A stretch of 6,554 nucleotides of DNA from Amoebophrya sp. A120 (taxonomy: Eukaryota; Protista; Dinoflagellata): positions 1-6,554 of the forward strand of contig CAJINV010000011.1 in the NCBI GenBank assembly GCA_905178155.1. The letters are read 5' to 3'. The position numbers and the translations under genes are program-made. The notes under the pieces were generated by a model. That model saw only the letters and a list, made by a program, of their open reading frames with translations, had not been told where the DNA came from and ran no database searches. Shown here piece by piece: positions 1-3,600 of the stretch (its first letter is position 1; each line of letters starts with the position of its first letter).

Positions 1-16
1 TGGCGGAAGAAAGATC

Positions 17-87
17 TGCACCAACCGGGAATCGAACCCGGGTCCCAAGCATGGGAAGCTTGGATGCTACCACTACACCATTGGAGC
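17..87 (-). tRNA. trnG-CCC: tRNA-Gly, anticodon CCC (71 nt, no intron, no encoded CCA)
   Basis: The reverse complement folds as GCTCCAA TG GTGT AGTGGTA GCAT C CAAGC TT-CCC-AT GCTTG GGAC CCGGG TTCGATT CCCGG TTGGTGC A. It has a perfect anticodon stem and T stem, canonical A and B boxes, and a 4-nt variable loop. The anticodon reads GGG at 53-55 on the plus strand. The acceptor stem has one U3-U70 mismatch. Discriminator A73 is the eukaryotic/archaeal Gly type (bacteria use U73). Confidence 0.93.
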
Positions 88-182
88 CGGTGAGAAACAG
101 GTGGCGCCGCCAATCCATATCATCGCGCGAAGTACATTCCGCACACCAGTACCGGAGCGAAAAAACGCTTGCTCGTAATATT

Positions 183-255
183 GCCCCTGTGGCCTAATGG
201 ATAAGGCGTCGCCCTCCTAAGGCGAAGATTCCAGGTTCGAGTCCTGGCAGGGGTG
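183..255 (+). tRNA. trnR-CCT: tRNA-Arg, anticodon CCT (73 nt, no intron, no encoded CCA)
   Basis: Folds as GCCCCTG TG GCCT AATGGATA AGGC G TCGCC CT-CCT-AA GGCGA AGATT CCAGG TTCGAGT CCTGG CAGGGGT G. All four stems pair (G1-U72 wobble). The anticodon is at 216-218. The Arg identity elements A20 and G73 are present, and the GTGGCCTAATGGATAAGGC D arm is typical of eukaryotic tRNA-Arg. Confidence 0.96.
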
Positions 256-272
256 TGCTACTATTGTGGCCA

Positions 273-318
273 AAGGGCGGTGGTCGTTTGCGTTCTGGGC
301 CAACGACCACGCTCCCTT
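273..318. repeat. Imperfect inverted repeat (hairpin) just 3' of tRNA-Arg
   Basis: GTGGTCGTT (280-288) is the exact reverse complement of AACGACCAC (302-310). The outer AAGGG (273-277) pairs with CCCTT (314-318). Confidence 0.7.
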
Positions 319-362
319 GCTTGCAGGTCTTTGTGCCAACGACCACGCTCACTTGCGTGCAG
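299..362. repeat. 28-bp direct repeat, two copies, period 36 bp
   Basis: GCCAACGACCACGCTCCCTTGCTTGCAG (299-326) and GCCAACGACCACGCTCACTTGCGTGCAG (335-362) are 26/28 identical. Confidence 0.85.
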
Positions 363-513
363 CTGGCACGCTGGCACAGTGTCAGACTCGTCGCAGTCGC
401 TCGACCAAGCAGCCGCCTGGGCGTGCGGGGATGTTCCGGCCCCTCAATAGCACTGCCGCTGGTTTGACCAGTGTCACAGGAACACGCGCGAAATACCCGG
501 CGCAAGCAGTTGG

Positions 514-585
514 CGCTGTTTGGTCTAGAGGTGTGGCTCCTCCTTTGGGTCGAGGGGGTCCCGGGCTCGAACCCCGGAACAGCGC
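514..585 (+). pseudogene. Degenerate tRNA-Pro(TGG)-like gene (probable pseudogene or tRNA-derived element)
   Basis: Folds as CGCTGTT TG GTCT AGAGGTGT GGCT CCTCC TT-TGG-GT CGAGG GGGTC CCGGG CTCGAAC CCCGG AACAGCG C. It is colinear with eukaryotic tRNA-Pro (TGGTCTAG, TTTGGGT loop, GGTCCCGGG, C73), with the anticodon at 546-548. The acceptor (7 bp) and T (5 bp) stems are perfect. Deviations: T54 to C in the B box, a C31-C39 mismatch, C1-G72 instead of G1-C72, and a weak D stem. Confidence 0.8.
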
Positions 586-623
586 GCACGTTCATGCGTA
601 GCCGTCTAATGTATCGCGACTGC

Positions 624-3600
624 GCAAGCTCATTCGGCGCGCCGGTCGCCCTTTGGCCGCGCAAAAATCCCACGGGGTGGAGCCACGCTAAGCAGAACGC
701 TCCTCCGGTGCCACGCTCGCAAATTCTCTAAGGGGTGGCCCCCAAAGTTCACGAAGGTGCTCCGGCCCCCCTTTGGCCAGGCAAAAACGCCACGGGGCGG
801 AGCCACGCTAAGCAGAAAGCTCCGCCGGTGGCACGCTCGCAAATTTTCCAGCCACGGGGCGGCCCCCAGAGTTCATTGAGGTGCCCCGGTCCCCTTTTGG
901 CCAGGCAAAAGCCCCACGGGGTGGAGCCACGCAAAGCAGAACGCTCCGCCGGTGGCACGCTCGCAAATTTTCAATCAACGGGGTGGCCCCCAGAGTTCAC
1001 TCAGGTGCTCCGGCCCCCCTTTGGCCAGGCAAAAATCCCGCGGGGTGGAGTCACGCGAAGCAGAACGCTCCGCCGGTGGCACGCTCGCAAATAAATTTTC
1101 CCGGGGGTGGCCTCCAAGGTTCATCTAGGTCCTCCGGCCCCCCTCTGGCCAGGCAAAAATCTCACGGGGTGGAGCCACGCTAAGCAGAACGCTCCACCGG
1201 TGGCACGCTCGCAAATTTTCCACGGGGTGGCCTCCAAAGTTCACTTAGATCCCCCGGCCCCCCTTTGGCCAGGCAAAAACCCCACGGGGTGGCGCCACGC
1301 TAAGCAGAACGCTCCACCAGTGGCACGCTCGCAAATTTTCCACGGGGTGGCCTCCAAAGTTCATTTAGGTCCTCCGGTCCCCCTTTGGCCAGGCAAAAAT
1401 CCCACGGGGTGGAGCCACGCTAAGCAGAACGCTCCACCGGTGGCACGCTCGCAAATTTTCCACGGGGTGGCCCCCAAAGTTCATTTAGGTCCTCCGGTCC
1501 CCCTTTGGCCAGGCAAAAATCCCACGGGGTGGAGCCACGCTAAGCAGAACGCTCCACCGGTGGCACGCTCGCAAATTTTCCACGGGGTGGCCCCCAAAGT
1601 TCATTTAGGTCCTCCGGTCCCCCTTTGGCCAGGCAAAAATCCCACGGGGTGGAGCCACGCTAAGCAGAACGCTCCACCGGTGGCACGCTCGCAAATTTTC
1701 CACGGGGTGGCCCCCAAAGTTCATTTAGGTCCTCCGGTCCCCCTTTGGCCAGGCAAAAATCCCACGGGGTGGAGCCACGCTAAGCAGAACGCTCCACCGG
1801 TGGCACGCTCGCAAATTTTCCACGGGGTGGCCCCCAAAGTTCATTTAGGTCCTCCGGTCCCCCTTTGGCCAGGCAAAAATCCCACGGGGTGGAGCCACGC
1901 TAAGCAGAACGCTCCACCGGTGGCACGCTCGCAAATTTTCCACGGGGTGGCCCCCAAAGTTCATTTAGGTCCTCCGGTCCCCCTTTGGCCAGGCAAAAAT
2001 CCCACGGGGTGGAGCCACGCTAAGCAGAACGCTCCACCGGTGGCACGCTCGCAAATTTTCCACGGGGTGGCCCCCAAAGTTCATTTAGGTCCTCCGGTCC
2101 CCCTTTGGCCAGGCAAAAATCCCACGGGGTGGAGCCACGCTAAGCAGAACGCTCCACCGGTGGCACGCTCGCAAATTTTCCACGGGGTGGCCCCCAAAGT
2201 TCATTTAGGTCCTCCGGTCCCCCTTTGGCCAGGCAAAAATCCCACGGGGTGGAGCCACGCTAAGCAGAACGCTCCACCGGTGGCACGCTCGCAAATTTTC
2301 CACGGGGTGGCCCCCAAAGTTCATTTAGGTCCTCCGGTCCCCCTTTGGCCAGGCAAAAATCCCACGGGGTGGAGCCACGCTAAGCAGAACGCTCCACCGG
2401 TGGCACGCTCGCAAATTTTCCACGGGGTGGCCCCCAAAGTTCATTTAGGTCCTCCGGTCCCCCTTTGGCCAGGCAAAAATCCCACGGGGTGGAGCCACGC
2501 TAAGCAGAACGCTCCACCGGTGGCACGCTCGCAAATTTTCCACGGGGTGGCCCCCAAAGTTCATTTAGGTCCTCCGGTCCCCCTTTGGCCAGGCAAAAAT
2601 CCCACGGGGTGGAGCCACGCTAAGCAGAACGCTCCACCGGTGGCACGCTCGCAAATTTTCCACGGGGTGGCCCCCAAAGTTCATTTAGGTCCTCCGGTCC
2701 CCCTTTGGCCAGGCAAAAATCCCACGGGGTGGAGCCACGCTAAGCAGAACGCTCCACCGGTGGCACGCTCGCAAATTTTCCACGGGGTGGCCCCCAAAGT
2801 TCATTTAGGTCCTCCGGTCCCCCTTTGGCCAGGCAAAAATCCCACGGGGTGGAGCCACGCTAAGCAGAACGCTCCACCGGTGGCACGCTCGCAAATTTTC
2901 CACGGGGTGGCCCCCAAAGTTCATTTAGGTCCTCCGGTCCCCCTTTGGCCAGGCAAAAATCCCACGGGGTGGAGCCACGCTAAGCAGAACGCTCCACCGG
3001 TGGCACGCTCGCAAATTTTCCACGGGGTGGCCCCCAAAGTTCATTTAGGTCCTCCGGTCCCCCTTTGGCCAGGCAAAAATCCCACGGGGTGGAGCCACGC
3101 TAAGCAGAACGCTCCACCGGTGGCACGCTCGCAAATTTTCCACGGGGTGGCCCCCAAAGTTCATTTAGGTCCTCCGGTCCCCCTTTGGCCAGGCAAAAAT
3201 CCCACGGGGTGGAGCCACGCTAAGCAGAACGCTCCACCGGTGGCACGCTCGCAAATTTTCCACGGGGTGGCCCCCAAAGTTCATTTAGGTCCTCCGGTCC
3301 CCCTTTGGCCAGGCAAAAATCCCACGGGGTGGAGCCACGCTAAGCAGAACGCTCCACCGGTGGCACGCTCGCAAATTTTCCACGGGGTGGCCCCCAAAGT
3401 TCATTTAGGTCCTCCGGTCCCCCTTTGGCCAGGCAAAAATCCCACGGGGTGGAGCCACGCTAAGCAGAACGCTCCACCGGTGGCACGCTCGCAAATTTTC
3501 CACGGGGTGGCCCCCAAAGTTCATTTAGGTCCTCCGGTCCCCCTTTGGCCAGGCAAAAATCCCACGGGGTGGAGCCACGCTAAGCAGAACGCTCCACCGG

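Noticed and set aside
156-169. AGCG-A6-CGCT mini-hairpin / terminator in the Gly-Arg spacer
   Set aside because: The stem is only 4-5 bp. The T6 run on the minus strand lies upstream of tRNA-Gly, so it terminates neither annotated tRNA.
194-1183. Short ORFs of 65-159 aa at the left end
   Set aside because: They overlap the tRNA genes or satellite units in multiple frames and on both strands, and show no recognisable protein features.
1539-1547. 5S rRNA tandem array (120-bp unit; GCTAAGCAG resembles the 5S box A region)
   Set aside because: Only a 9-nt match. There is no box C (GGATGGG-GACC-like), no GATCTC/TTAGTAC motifs, no terminal helix I and no spacer between units. A cmsearch with the 5S rRNA model would settle any remote ancestry.
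1461-1580. G-quadruplex-forming repeat
   Set aside because: There are only two runs of three or more G per unit on the plus strand and three on the minus strand, separated by long loops. This does not fit the canonical four-tract short-loop pattern.
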